NCBI GenBank assembly: GCA_002269645.1
Contig: NIVC01000738.1
Coordinates: forward strand, 124,001-188,000
DNA length: 64,000 nucleotides
Origin: Macrostomum lignano
Taxonomy: Eukaryota
Direction: 5' to 3'
Shown here: one piece after another, positions 1-49,080 of the stretch
Layout: each line of letters opens with the position of its first letter
Position numbering within the stretch: the stretch's first letter is position 1
Notes under the pieces: model-generated
The model's database searches: none
Told to the model about the DNA's origin: nothing
The model's input: only the letters and a program-made list of their open reading frames with translations
Position numbers and translations under genes: made by a program

Positions 1-195
1 TAGACAATATCACCCTGACGCTCCTGATTCTTCAGTTGATAATTTGTAACGATGTCCCAAAATAATTTTATAGAATGATTTTTATTGGATACGCTGTTGC
101 TATTCGAATTTCGAAATATTTTTGTGAACATTTCCCGGGGGCTTTCAATCCAGACACTGCAGATGTTCGGGAGTCCATGACTCGGTGGTCCTCAC

Positions 196-30297
<30,102 letters not shown>

Positions 30298-31528
30298 TCC
30301 AGTGGGCCAATTTTACTGGAATTGGTCGCTAAATTGTTTCAGATATTGATATGGATTATGTCTTATATGCCACAGTAAACTCTACAAAATCCTTCTAAAG
30401 AATTTGGAGAAAAGATTTGAAATTAAAAAAGCAGCCAAGCTTGTAGCTACCGGATACAAAAAAGAATAAAATTAATATTAGGTCAATGAAAAATTTAGTT
30501 CATTGCTTTATAAATCCTTTCACTGCTGCTCAACTAATCTTAATTATAAAACTCTAAAAACGGTAGAAAATTTTGTTTAAACTAGCATACAAATGTTCCG
30601 GTAAATCCAACTGGATTGAGATATCGATGGCAGCTAAGGCATTCTATGCATTTAAGTATATGAAATACGGTATGCTATACGTTTTCGCATGTGCACGATC
30701 TTCAGTGAATTAACTTTGCATGTTAGTATTCTTGCATTATTCATTAAGTAATATAATACTAATTACGTGGTTAACGAGGAATCCAAGGAGCCCTACCACA
30801 GTAGTACATGTATGTGAGAGCAGCCCGGCACAGCGATAAGTGCCACAATGAAACTCACTTTTTGCTCGAGCGAGTCCTTCAGCGTCCATGATCTCGGCGT
30901 TGTCAATCAGGACAACATCCGTGACCACCGCCTAGCTGGAACATGCAACATTCTGCCGGTCAGGTTTTAGGGCCGCTCGGACTGCAGGACTGGACTAGCA
31001 GAACGAAAGGCAGCCCTTACTATGTAGTCAAGCCGCATATCCTAGCTAGCGACGTCGGGAACCCCTATAATTATATTACGACGTCGTCGCGAGTGTGGGG
31101 CTGCAGTATAAAATACACGCGCAGCTGAAGACCGTGTGACGTTGCTAGTTTAAAGTGGTCCCGCAAAAGGGTCGTTGGACTACAATTTTCGTTACAATTT
31201 CTCATTTAAAAATTTCCGATTGTGTATTCTCACGTTTACTTGTAGTAGCGCGCAACTAATCTACTGTATCAATTGCTAAATCACTGCGTACTTTGTAAGC
31301 TTTGCGTACGCCTGTAGATCGTCACGCGCGATCGATAATTTCTGTTTCTTGTTTTTCCCTCGCCAGCCAATGATAACTCTCCGCATATATTATGTTAACC
31401 CTTCTGCGCTCCTTTATTAACCACCGCCTGGCGGCGGGCTGGGGGCCTCCTCACTTCGTGGCCTCTGGTTTTCCTTCTCTCTCCTGTCTGCCTCGTGCCT
31501 CCTTATCTCTCGCCACGGCCCCCTCTGT

Positions 31529-31600
31529 CTAGTTATAGCCTAGTGGTTAATGTTATGACTTATAATTAAAAGGCCTAAGGTTCAATTCTTTACCCACTTG
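31529..31600 (+). mobile_element. Decayed tRNA-like/SINE head
   Basis: TAGCCTAGTGG (31536) and GGTTCAATTC (31579) at tRNA A-box/B-box spacing. Confidence 0.4.
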
Positions 31601-32481
31601 AAATAGTTAAAAATTCTAGAACCATTATTATGATAGTCTGTGTATAATTAATAGTATGGATTGAAGTATTACTAAGCAAGGTCCTACTAAGTTCCATTGT
31701 AACATAAAGTTTCCTATATCAATAATCATATATAATTTTTCTTATAGCTTTTTCTAAATCTAAATCTAATAGCTAAATAATTTCTTGTAACTTCGTATAA
31801 CTTTGAATAAAGGTAAATGTAATGGCAACAGTCCTTTATTATTCATTTTAATATAGTAAGGAAATAAATAATACCAAAAGTAGCTTTAAAATTTATCACT
31901 CATTAATGGGTCCCATTCATTTATTGTATAAGAAAGAAGAATAACTAGGACTGCATTTATCTTAACCTTTAGCCCTTGATCACACACTGTACATGTGGTA
32001 TTGAAAATCTGTTGCTTGACTTCTCAACCCTTGGGACTTAAGAGCTCCCCTCATAATAGCTTTGAAACTGGACCAATTTTTTTTTCATTTCCACTGCTCT
32101 GTCCCTACCTATGAAATCAATGGCTCCAATGATCTTTTAAATGTTAGTTATAAAGTGGCCAATATCACTAGTTTTAGATATAGAAAATATATATTCCTGT
32201 AACAATATCTGTATCCATATGTTCTGTCTAAAAACCTCTATATTCATAACTTCCCATAGCCATATCCATAGCTATGACCAACTCTAGGTAGGACCTACTT
32301 ACCCTAAAATCAAGTTTCAGTTGTGGGTGTCAGCAGGAGAAAGACTTCATTTGATTTTTTCAATATTCATATTCATATTCATATTTAGAAAGAATGAGGC
32401 TTTGTTCCATCTCTAGCAATAATATATCCTGTTTTATCTGTTCATTGGTTAGTGACAATAATTTTTCGTTAGTGAAGCAAT

Positions 32482-33385
32482 GTGCCAATCTTAGGCATAA
32501 GCAGCCATATGCTAATCATAGGCATAAGCAGCCATATGCTAATCATAGGCATAAGCAGCCATATGCTAATCATAGGCATAAGCAGCCATATGCTAATCAT
32601 AGGCATAAGCAGCCATATGCTAATCATAGGCATAAGCAACTATATGCTAATCATAGGCATAAGCAACCATATGCTAATCATAGGCATAAGCAGCCATACG
32701 CTAATCATAGGCATAAGCAACCATATGCTAATCATAGGCATAAGCAGCCATACGCTAATCATAGGCATAAGCAACCATATGCTAATCATAGGCATAAGCA
32801 GCCATATGCTAATCATAGGCATAAGAAACTATATGCTAATCATAGGCATAAGCAACCATATGCTAATCATAGGCATAAGCAGCCATACGCTAATCATAGG
32901 CATAAGCAGCCATATGCTAATCATAGGCATAAGAAACTATATGCTAATCATAGGCATAAGCAACCATATGCTAATCATAGGCATAAGCAGCCATACGCTA
33001 ATCATAGGCATAAGCAACCATATGCTAGTCATAGGCATAAGCAACCATATGCTAGTCATAGGCATAAGCAACCATATGCTAGTCATAGGCATAAGCAGCC
33101 ATACGCTAATCATAGGGATAAGCAGCCATATGCTAATCATAGGCATAAGCAACCATATGCTAATCATAGGGATAAGTAGCCATATGCTAATCATAGGCAT
33201 AAGCAGCCATATGCTAATCATAGGCATAAGCAGCCATATGCTAATCATAGGCATAAGCAGCCATATGCTAATCATAGGCATAAGCAGCCATACGCTAATC
33301 ATAGGCATAAGCAGCCATATGCTAATCATAGGCATAAGCAGCCATATGCTAATCATAGGCATAAGCAGCCATATGCTAATCATAG
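32482..33385. repeat. 27-bp minisatellite catatgctaatcataggcataagcagc
   Basis: Array ends about 20 nt before the ATP synthase beta ATG. Confidence 0.96.
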
Positions 33386-33405
33386 CAAACTGAAAACTGC
33401 AGACC

Positions 33406-40044
<6,639 letters not shown>

Positions 40045-40404
40045 AGCGGCGATGAACCCGTCTGAACTCGAAGCTTTAGCCCGTCGGCTCTTCAGTTACT
40101 AAACATAATTTTAATAGATAGCTATGAACATATGATAGACCGGTAGCTAAGACCTCCTTGACTGAGAAATACAAGTTTCCTTCTGTCTTCATTACTAGTT
40201 ATTATCACCAGCCGCAAGAACCGTTCAATTCCTTTATTGAACCAAATGTTTGAATTTGTTTCCTATCTTTAAGCGATGATTTATAAAGTTATAGGTTTTT
40301 TGTTTAAATTTTGGCTTTAAAATGAGCCACTCTAGTACTACATATACTACTATGCTGAATGAGTAGCATCCATCGCTCTATCGAGGCGGATAATATTGCT
40401 TGGA

Positions 40405-40421
40405 AATAAATATTAAATAAA
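40405..40421 (+). promoter_or_regulatory. Candidate poly(A) signals of ATP synthase beta
   Basis: Two AATAAA hexamers (40405, 40416) about 360 nt after the stop codon. Confidence 0.5.
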
Positions 40422-40509
40422 ACCTGATAGCTCGAGGTTGCGCTTGTGACGGCTGCCAAGTCTTAGGCTCCCGTTTATTTATTTTAATTTTTTTGCATGC
40501 ATCGCTTAA

Positions 40510-40905
40510 TCATTAGGCCACTCTTAGAGTTGCATTAGAGCAATAGGACTTTATCATTAGGTCACTCTTAGAGTCGCACATTAGAGCAGTAGGACTTCAT
40601 AATTAGGTCACTCTTAGAGTCGCACATTAGAGCAGTAGGACTTCATCATTAGGTCACTCTTAGAGTCGCACATTAGAGCAGTAGGACTTCATCATTAGGT
40701 CACTCTGAGTCGCACATTAGAGCAGTAGGACTTCATCATTAGGTCACTCTGAGTCGCACATTAGAGCAGTAGGACTTCATCATTAGGTCACTCTTAGAGT
40801 CGCACATTAGAGCAGTAGGACTTCATCATTAGGTCACTCTGAGTCGCACATTAGAGCAGTAGGACTTCATCATTAGGCCACTCTGAGTCGCACATTAGAG
40901 CAGTA
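40510..40905. repeat. 43/46-bp minisatellite between ATP synthase beta and g
   Basis: ttaggtcactcttagagtcgcacattagagcagtaggacttcatca units. Confidence 0.93.
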
Positions 40906-40955
40906 AATCGCATTCCAAACGCAATCGCCCACCCAACGGCTCTCTCTCTCATGCG

Positions 40956-41285
40956 ATGAGCGCCCTGGTGAAGTCCGTGGCCTCAGCCACCCAGTCTGGC
41001 ATCCGCAGCGCCGGCCCCAAGCTGTCGAAGTTTTGGCGATACGCCCGCGTCGAGCTGAAGCCGCCGACGCCCGCCGAGGTGCCGCAGATCTCGGCCGAGT
41101 TCGGCAAGCTGATGCAGGCGGCCAGGCGGCAGAACTGGCGCGAGCTGACGGTCGCCCAGTGCCTGGTGAGCACCGGAGTGGCGGTGGAGGTCGCCTGCTG
41201 GTTTTTCTTTGGCGAGATCATCGGCCGCCGGTCCATCATCGGCTACAGCCGCGTACCGCACGGCTTCCACGTGCACTCGCTGTGA
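40956..41285 (+). CDS. ATP5MG: Mitochondrial ATP synthase Fo subunit g, intronless, 109 aa
   Basis: FWRYARVELKPPTPAEVP...LTV...EVACWFFFGEIIGRRSIIGY is the subunit g signature. Confidence 0.93.
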   Translation: MSALVKSVASATQSGIRSAGPKLSKFWRYARVELKPPTPAEVPQISAEFGKLMQAARRQNWRELTVAQCLVSTGVAVEVACWFFFGEIIGRRSIIGYSRVPHGFHVHSL

Positions 41286-42364
41286 GCCGCGGCTCTCGGA
41301 CAGAACACAGACTCGAATAGTTTATAAACTTTACTACTGTGGATTTAGGTCGGTCCTGATTGCTCCATCTGCATTGATAGCACATCTGTGTAGTTGTAGA
41401 CTAATGTTCCTCGCAAACAAGTTTTAGAACTACTATATTTATCTCTGCTGTGTGTGGATCAGCCCTACTGCACATCAACTTCAGATAATCCTAGCCTTAA
41501 ACTTCGTAGTCCTACTGACCATCTGAATAATTTCGCTTGCTGTCAGTTTTTCGGCTTGCTGTCAAGCGCTACTGTACTGACTATCTATAGCTTCTCTCCA
41601 AATACACATCTGGTAAATAATCTAGACAAAGGGACACTCAAAATCGATTGAATTGTTAGAAATTAATTGGACAGTATGTTCTTCTGGAAATGTTACTAAT
41701 TTGCTCCGTCTGAAGACTTGGGAGAATGCATCTTAAAACCTTTTATAGTTTGTCCTCAGCTGCAACCCGGTTCGTTTGGCTGAAATTTTTACTAAAATGC
41801 CTCAAGTCTTGCCCCTATACGTTTTCTTGGTGTTTGCTCTTGATGCTCTCGTCGGCATTCGCTCTGGCGTTGTGCTATGCAGCCAGCTTTCAGCGAGAAG
41901 GGCAGCTTGATTGCCTTTTGGAAGCGCTCTCATCGTAGTAGGCCGTTCTGGTCACACCAACTTCTCCATCTTGACTAGCGTTGGTTCCTCTGTGCGACAC
42001 AGGAAACTGAGTCTAGGTCCAGCCAGTCTGCTTTGATGTATTACCCCATCGATGCGAAAGGGTCCAGGCACAAAATCAGGTTCCTAGTTCTCAGCTACAC
42101 AATGGTCCTGCCTCGCCGGCCTGTAACTTGCCTAGTAGGACTGATGAAGATTGAAGACAAACAAAAACTGTCCAAAAGGTCAATGGACTCGGTCTATCGT
42201 GATGCAAGTTTATTCAACCGGATGTGAGGGCTGAAGTGAAAAAATCAAATACTCTGAGCGCTATACTATTTGCATCTGGATAGCTGTTACTGTTGGTCTT
42301 GCAAATGAACTGCTAATTCCCGAAGCACACATTGCATGTGTCAGAACAGAAAGCTTGGTTCGTA

Positions 42365-44309
42365 TTATCCAAGAATATAAGCCACAGCTATGATTGCTTT
42401 CGGCTGCCGATTCGACTGTTTGGCCTTGGACTCGAACAGCGCATTCATGCAGAACTGCACCCACAGGTAGCTCTGCTGTTGTTGCTGTTTCTGCGGCATC
42501 CAGCCCACCGGCAGGGTAAGAGTCTGGCCCAGCTTCATCACTGAAATTGAAAACGAAAAGTCCAATAACTGAGTCTCGTAGGTACACAACAAAACAGGCT
42601 TGACTAAAAAACAATTTGTTGGGAAAGATGTCCGCGCATGAATTACCGTCTTGATGCGCGGATCGCACCGCTTCCAGGTGCTGCGGAAAGATGTACTGAT
42701 ACAGTGAGGACGGCACGCTGACGTTCATGTCCTGATTTGACCGTTTGCTGCAGGTGGTGTGTGGTACATTAAATGGCACTTCAAAAGATTTAAATAAACA
42801 TGATACAAGCTGGATCAAGCCTTCCTAACCTACCTGGTATCTCCTAGAACGATGCAGAAGTTTTCGTCCAGCCGTAGCACGCAGCTGTTCGCTGGCAGGT
42901 AGAGCTCGCTCAGAGCCAGCGAAGGTAACGCGGTTGCCAGGGCAACAAGGCCAAGCGGCTGTCCGCTACCAGCATCCACGCGACGCTGGCAGTGCAGCTG
43001 AACTGTCTGGAATCAAATTTTAACGATTGAAGATAGAAACGCAGTACATGGCAGGTTTATATACTCGTACGCAGGAAGTTCCTCCAACAGCACCGAAGGC
43101 TCACCCTGTAGCCGGATATTGGCACCTGGGCGTTGCGCTTGCCAAGATTGGATCGAAGACGGACGCAGATATTCTCCATGGACAAGGCTACTAAAAATGC
43201 AGGAAATTGCTACAATTGGGACTCAGAGCTCAATGAAAGCTTATTTTCTATGCAACTAGTTGGTGTCGGGTCATACTGGTTGTTACATCGTGTTTTTCCC
43301 AGAGAACCTGGGCCCACAGCAGTAACTAACCGTGCTCGTCTCGGGCGTGCCCCATCAGCTTCTCAGTGTGGTCGATGAGGCCCGCGTGGTCGGCTGTGTG
43401 CACGTAGCCCACCAGGTCATTGCCGGTCATGTCCACCTGCGACTGGCCCAGGAAAATGGACACGGTCTCGGAGATGTACAAGATGGTCAGATCGGTGCCC
43501 AGAATCATGAGAAAGCCGTCCACTGCCTGCAGGATGAGCCCGCCAAGATCGGGCGCCTCCGGCTGCTTCAGTTTTTTCTCCTCTTCGTCGGGCTTGCGGC
43601 ACCAGCTGGGCAGGCCCGTGCTTGACAGCTGGCGCAGCTTCAAGTAGCTGACCGCCAACCGGATGACGGAGGCCTTGTCCAGCTGGCGGGCGATCTCCGG
43701 ATGCAGAGGCAGCAGCCGGGCCACGGCCAGGAATTCTAAGTTCTCCCGGCCGCGTCTGTGCCGGGCCGCGTCCCGCGACTTCTCACGTTTCGCGTCGACT
43801 GGAGCGCTGGAGCGTGTTTTGGTAGTGGGAAGGGACCTGCGCCATGTACTGTACCAAGGACGGCCTACATTTAACAAGTACAAGCTGTCAGTAACAAACC
43901 GCCATGCTTCTCAAACTAAATGCTCCTGGGTTGTTGATTCTACCTGAATCATTGTTTACCAATGTCCCTTTCGCGCGAGTTTGAATTGGGTTTCGGTTAC
44001 GGGTAACAAGCGGAATTTGACAACTGCCCAAATCGTCTATTAGCTACCGTATTGAATAATCAAAATTTCTCTTAAAGAATCTCACCAAGTACCGTCCCCA
44101 GGAAAACAGTCAAACTCCTGGCCCGCACAGCCTGACTGGCCAAATGAAAACTGTTGCTGCTGCGCCGGTTGCTGTTGCTGCTGATGCAGCGGCAGAGTCC
44201 AGCCGCTCTGCTGGTAAAGGTATTCTCCACTAGGGGAGTTCACAGCAGCTGCCGCAGCCGCTGCTGCTGCAGTCACGGCGGCAGCCGCAGACGGGAAGGA
44301 GAAATCCAT
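42365..44309 (-). CDS. bHLH-PAS transcription factor, trachealess/NPAS1/NPAS3-like, about 421 aa; exons 44086-44309, 43331-43836, 43105-43190, 42834-43006, 42647-42747, 42365-42540
   Basis: bHLH REKSRDAARHRRGRENLEF...QLDKASVIRLAVSYLKLR; PAS-A DGFLMIL...LYISETVSIFLGQSQVDMTG; VRLRSNLGKR...SGYR; PAS-B/PAC. Phases 2,1,0,2,1 are all consistent. Exon 1 is less certain. Confidence 0.85.
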
Positions 44310-45604
44310 GCCAGCTTCGGATCTCCTTTTCTGCAACATTTGCTTCTGCTGATTCTGAAGCTGCCGCAGAGCAGCGCTTTTGAATCCTCGGGCCCGTGAG
44401 CCCCCCGCCCCGCCTCCGCCTCCTCCCCATCCGGCGGCAAAGCTTTGCCAGCTTCTACCGGATCAGAAATATTTCTAGAAAAGAGCCGGGTAGAGAGAGT
44501 CTGCCGGGACCAAAAGCAGAAGATTGAAGTCGCAACACTGTGAGGGTTGCGAAATCCCGCGAGAGGGGTCGCCTCCTCCGCGGCCCCTTCTCAGCCCGCG
44601 CTGCCTGGGCGCGTAACAATTGAATTGTAAATGAGATTCGCTGCGGCACTGAGAAGACTCGAATGGCGCTCAGCCCCACCCCCCGCTGCGTGCGGCAGCT
44701 GCTGGAGGCGCCTCTTCGGAATGCCTAATGAGCGGCCTGTTGGCGGGAGACCCCAGCGGGCCGCCCAGCTGATCACTGTCACTCTGCCGCTGTTTCTAAT
44801 CCAATTAATTAGTTTTTAACACCGCGCTAGCCAGTCAGGTGGCCCGCGGCCGATCGCAGCCCCGCATCGATCGCGGTGACGCTCCAGTGCGAGTAGAGAC
44901 TTGGCCTTAGAGATTTGGCCGGGAATATTCGGAGAGCTCGATGTCGCATCTCGGGCTGAGGGGGGGGGAGTCGCGCCGAGCTAATTAATTCCTAGCCCCG
45001 CCAACGAAAAACTCCTCGAAATTTTTTCACAGCTTCTTTCGGCCGAGATTCCCAGCGGGATTCCGACGAACCATGAAACTGGGAAGTGGGAACATTTTAA
45101 GCTGCCGTGACTCACTGCATTGAGTGCGTTGGGATTGGGGTGTCGGAGAAGCGAGGTCCCTGTCAGCACTTGATACCAGAGCCGGCTACTTGTGCTCAGT
45201 GTCGCATCTGATTGATGGGAATGAACAAAATTTATGTGCTGACCCGGGGCGGTTATGTTTCGTTAAAATCGATTTTAAGCACCCCTGCCCTTCCATTCCA
45301 TCATAGTCTTAGTTCTGTTCCTGAACTAAAATTACGAAATGAAGATGACTGTATAGAAACTATTGACTATTTCCAACACAGGGCTAATAGTAGTATCTTG
45401 CAGATTTTGTTAAAACTGAGCTCGCAATTCATTGTATATCGCGATCTGTACTCGATCGCAGATCTACTGACTTAACAACTGTAGCGGCAAATTCTGAAAG
45501 TAGAGTTCACTGCGAACTGCATATTACCACGCCATGATGTCCATTTCAACCGCCCACTCAAGACACTGGCGACAAGACAATAAAATGGCTTCCAATCTAA
45601 CACA

Positions 45605-47790
45605 GGATGCCCCCCCAAGACACTAGTGCCCCCACGATCCCTAGACACTGCCCCCCCCCCACCCAAGACACTAGTGCCCCACGATCCCTAGACACTGCCC
45701 CCACCCAAGACACTAGTGCCCCCACGATCCCTAGACACTGCCCCCCCCAAGACACTAGTGCCCCCACGATCCCTAGATACTGCCCCCCCCAAGACACTAG
45801 TGCCCCCTCGATCCCTAGACACTGCCCCCCCACCCAAGACACTAGTGCCCCCACGATCCCTAGACACTGCCCCCCACCCAAGACACTAGTGCCCCCACGA
45901 TCCCTAGACACTGCCCCCCACCCAAGACACTAGTGCCCCCACGATCCCTAGACACTGCCCCCACCCAAGACACTAGTGCCCCCACGATCCCTAGACACTG
46001 CCCCCCACCCAAGACACTAGTGGCCCCACGATCCCTAGACACTGCCCCCACCCAAGACACTAGTGCCCCCACGATCCCTAGATACTGCCCCCCCCAAAAC
46101 ACTAGTGCCCCTCGATCCCTAGACACTGCCCCCCACCCAAGACACTAGTGCCCCCACGATCCCTAGACACTGCCCCCCACCCAAGACACGTGCCCCCACG
46201 ATCCCTAGACACTGCCCCCACCCAAGACACTAGTGCCCCCACGATCCCTAGACACTGCCCCCCACCCAAGACACTAGTGCCCCTCGATCCCTAGACACTG
46301 CCCCCCTACCCAAGACACTAGTGCCCCCACGATCCCTAGACACTGCCCCCCCCACCCAAGACACTAGTGCCCCCTCGATCCCTAGACACTGCCCCCCACC
46401 CAAGAAACTAGTGCCCCTCGATCCCTAGACACTGCCCCCACCCAAGACACTAGTGCCCCTCGATCCCTAGACACTGCCCCCCCACCCAAGACACTAGTGC
46501 CCCCTCGATCCCTAGACACTGCCCCCACCCAAGACACTAGTGCCCCTCGATCCCTACACACTGCCCCCCCCACCCAAGACACTAGTGCCCCCACGATCCC
46601 TAGACACTGCCCCCACCCAAGACACTAGTGCCCCCTCGATCCCTAGACACTGCCCCCCCCACCCAAGACACTAGTGCCCCCACGATCCCTAGACACTGCC
46701 CCCACCCAAGAAACTAGTGCCCCCTCGATCCCTAGACACTGCCCCCACCCAAGAAACTAGTGCCCCCTCGATCCCTAGACACTGCCTCCCCCACCCAAGA
46801 CACTAGTGGCCCCACGATCCCTAGACACTGCCCCACCCCACCCAAGAAACTAGTGCACCCACGATCCCTAGACACTGCCCCCCCACCCAAGAAACTAGTG
46901 CCCCCTCGATCCCTAGACACTGCCCCCCCACCCAAGACACTAGTGCCCCCACGATCCCTAGACACTGCCCCCCACCCAAGAAACTAGTGCCCCCACGATC
47001 CCTAGACACTGCCCCCCCCACCCAAGACACTAGTGCCCCACGATCCCTAGACACTGCCCCCCACCCAAGAAACTAGTGCCCCCACGATCCCTAGACACTG
47101 CCCCCCCCACCCAAGACACTAGTGCCCCCACGATCCCTAGACACTGCCCCCCACCCAAGACACTAGTGCCCCCACGATCCCTAGACACTGCCCCCCCACC
47201 CAAGACACTAGTGCCCCCTCGATCCCTAGACACTGCCCCCCCACCCAAGACACTAGTGCCCCACGATCCCTAGACACTGCCCCCACCCAAGAAACTAGTG
47301 CCCCCACGATCCCTAGACACTGCCCCCCACCCAAGAAACTAGTGCCCCCACGATCCCTAGACACTGCCCCCCCACCCAAGACACTAGTGCCCCCACGATC
47401 CCTAGACACTGCCCCCCCACCCAAGACACTAGTGCCCCCACGATCCCTAGACACTGCCCCCCCACCCAAGACACTAGTGCCCCCACGATCCCTAGACACT
47501 GCCCCCCCACCCAAGACACTAGTGCCTCCACGATCCCTAGACACTGCCCCACCCAAGACACTAGTGCCTCCACGATCCCTAGACACTGCTCCCCACCCAA
47601 GACACTAGTGCCCCCACGATCCCTAGACACTGCCCCCCCACCCAAGACACTAGTGCCTCCACGATCCCTAGACACTGCCCCACCCAAGACACTAGTGCCC
47701 CCACGATCCCTAGACACTGCCCCACCCAAGACACTAGTGCCCCCACGATCCCTAGACACTGCCCCACCCCCCAAGCCGCTGGTGCCCCCA
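45605..47790. repeat. ~45-bp C-rich minisatellite, array 1
   Basis: cccaagacactagtgcccccacgatccctagacactgcccccca units. Confidence 0.96.
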
Positions 47791-49080
47791 CTCCAGTGCA
47801 TGTCTAGACAAGATTTATCTGTTTTTCTCCTCTCCCTATCAGCGGCCGCAGCGGCCTGCCTTGTCGCGAGGCTTCGGGCGTGGCAAGGAACCGAAAATCC
47901 GCAACTCGCCTCTCCAGCCGCCCTAAAATTGGCATCAGCATTGGGAAGCCTCGGGGAGCAGCGGGATAATAATCCCATAGTGGACAGTAAGGCATCAGGA
48001 GGGCTCGCGAGAACTGAAATTGGAAGTGGAATCCTGCCAGTTGACATTATCCCGGCCTGATTGCATTATTTGCACCGGGCGCGCAGAGACCGCAGCCGGC
48101 ACTGAAGGTCATTTGCAAACCTTCCCCACACCGGGCCTTTCCCGCCGATGCGAATTTCTTTCAGCCACGCGAGACCTCCGCGAGTCACAAAGGCTGTGGG
48201 GGTTGGGTGGCTCCGCGGGCTGCTTATAGGCCTGAGCTGAGCAGCCTCTGAGGCAGAAGAAAGAAGAGAAGCAGCTGAGACAGAAGAGAGCGGCAGACAG
48301 GGGGAGAAACGGGAGGCCATTGGACTGCCTCAGCTGGGCAAACAGAGCGAAAAAACAAAGCAAAAGCAACAGAGCAGAGGAGGCTGGAGGGACAGACCCG
48401 GGCTGTTCAGCTTGCTGACGAGGTTCCTTCATCACTCGACAGACAGGTGAGTGAGCATTGATACTCTTGCATCTCTTCGCCTGCGTTCTGGGTTACTGCG
48501 TTGCCTCAGTGAGACTGCGATATAGCAAATTGAAGGTATCGCAAAGGAAGAAAAACTTGCTTAAAGATACAAAGGAGAGACAGAGTTCATTCTAAGTGGG
48601 ATGCTGCTGAGAATGAGGTGGCTTAGTGTACTGTCGCATGACCTTTTAGCCCTGCGGGTATATAATGGCGCCCTTTAATTCCAAGCTCTCGTTACGGCCC
48701 GCTAATTAACATTATCCACCTGCTATTTGCGGGGCAGATAATAAGGTTTCGGCCATAGACATGTCTTTGCCCGTTTTTGCCTTACTCGTGTGAAATATTT
48801 CTTTGGGCGGTATTTCTACAGTGTATTGGACTTCTCTCCCTCTGAGAGGAGAGACAGCTGATAGATTCAACAAAAGTTCACTGAGTGGTGGAAGGGAGAG
48901 AGAATGGATTGGGATAAAAACGTCTATGGTACAAACGTTAATACCCATGCTTTGCGGGTGTTGATGAAAAATCCTCCGGCGCCGTATTAATGGCATATTG
49001 TAACATGACATTTTAGCCCAGCAGGCACTTCATGTAACGACGCGATATATACAGATTTTTTCAGCAGCCATTTCCTAAGC

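Noticed and set aside
30737-30928. Possible upstream coding exon of the dynein (MDAEGLARAK, GTGAGT donor)
   Set aside because: No acceptor in a compatible phase before 30297 (in-frame TAA); it could be a UTR exon but this is unsupported.
31815-31830. ATGGCAAC RFX half-site upstream of the dynein
   Set aside because: Only half of the X-box matches, which is expected by chance.
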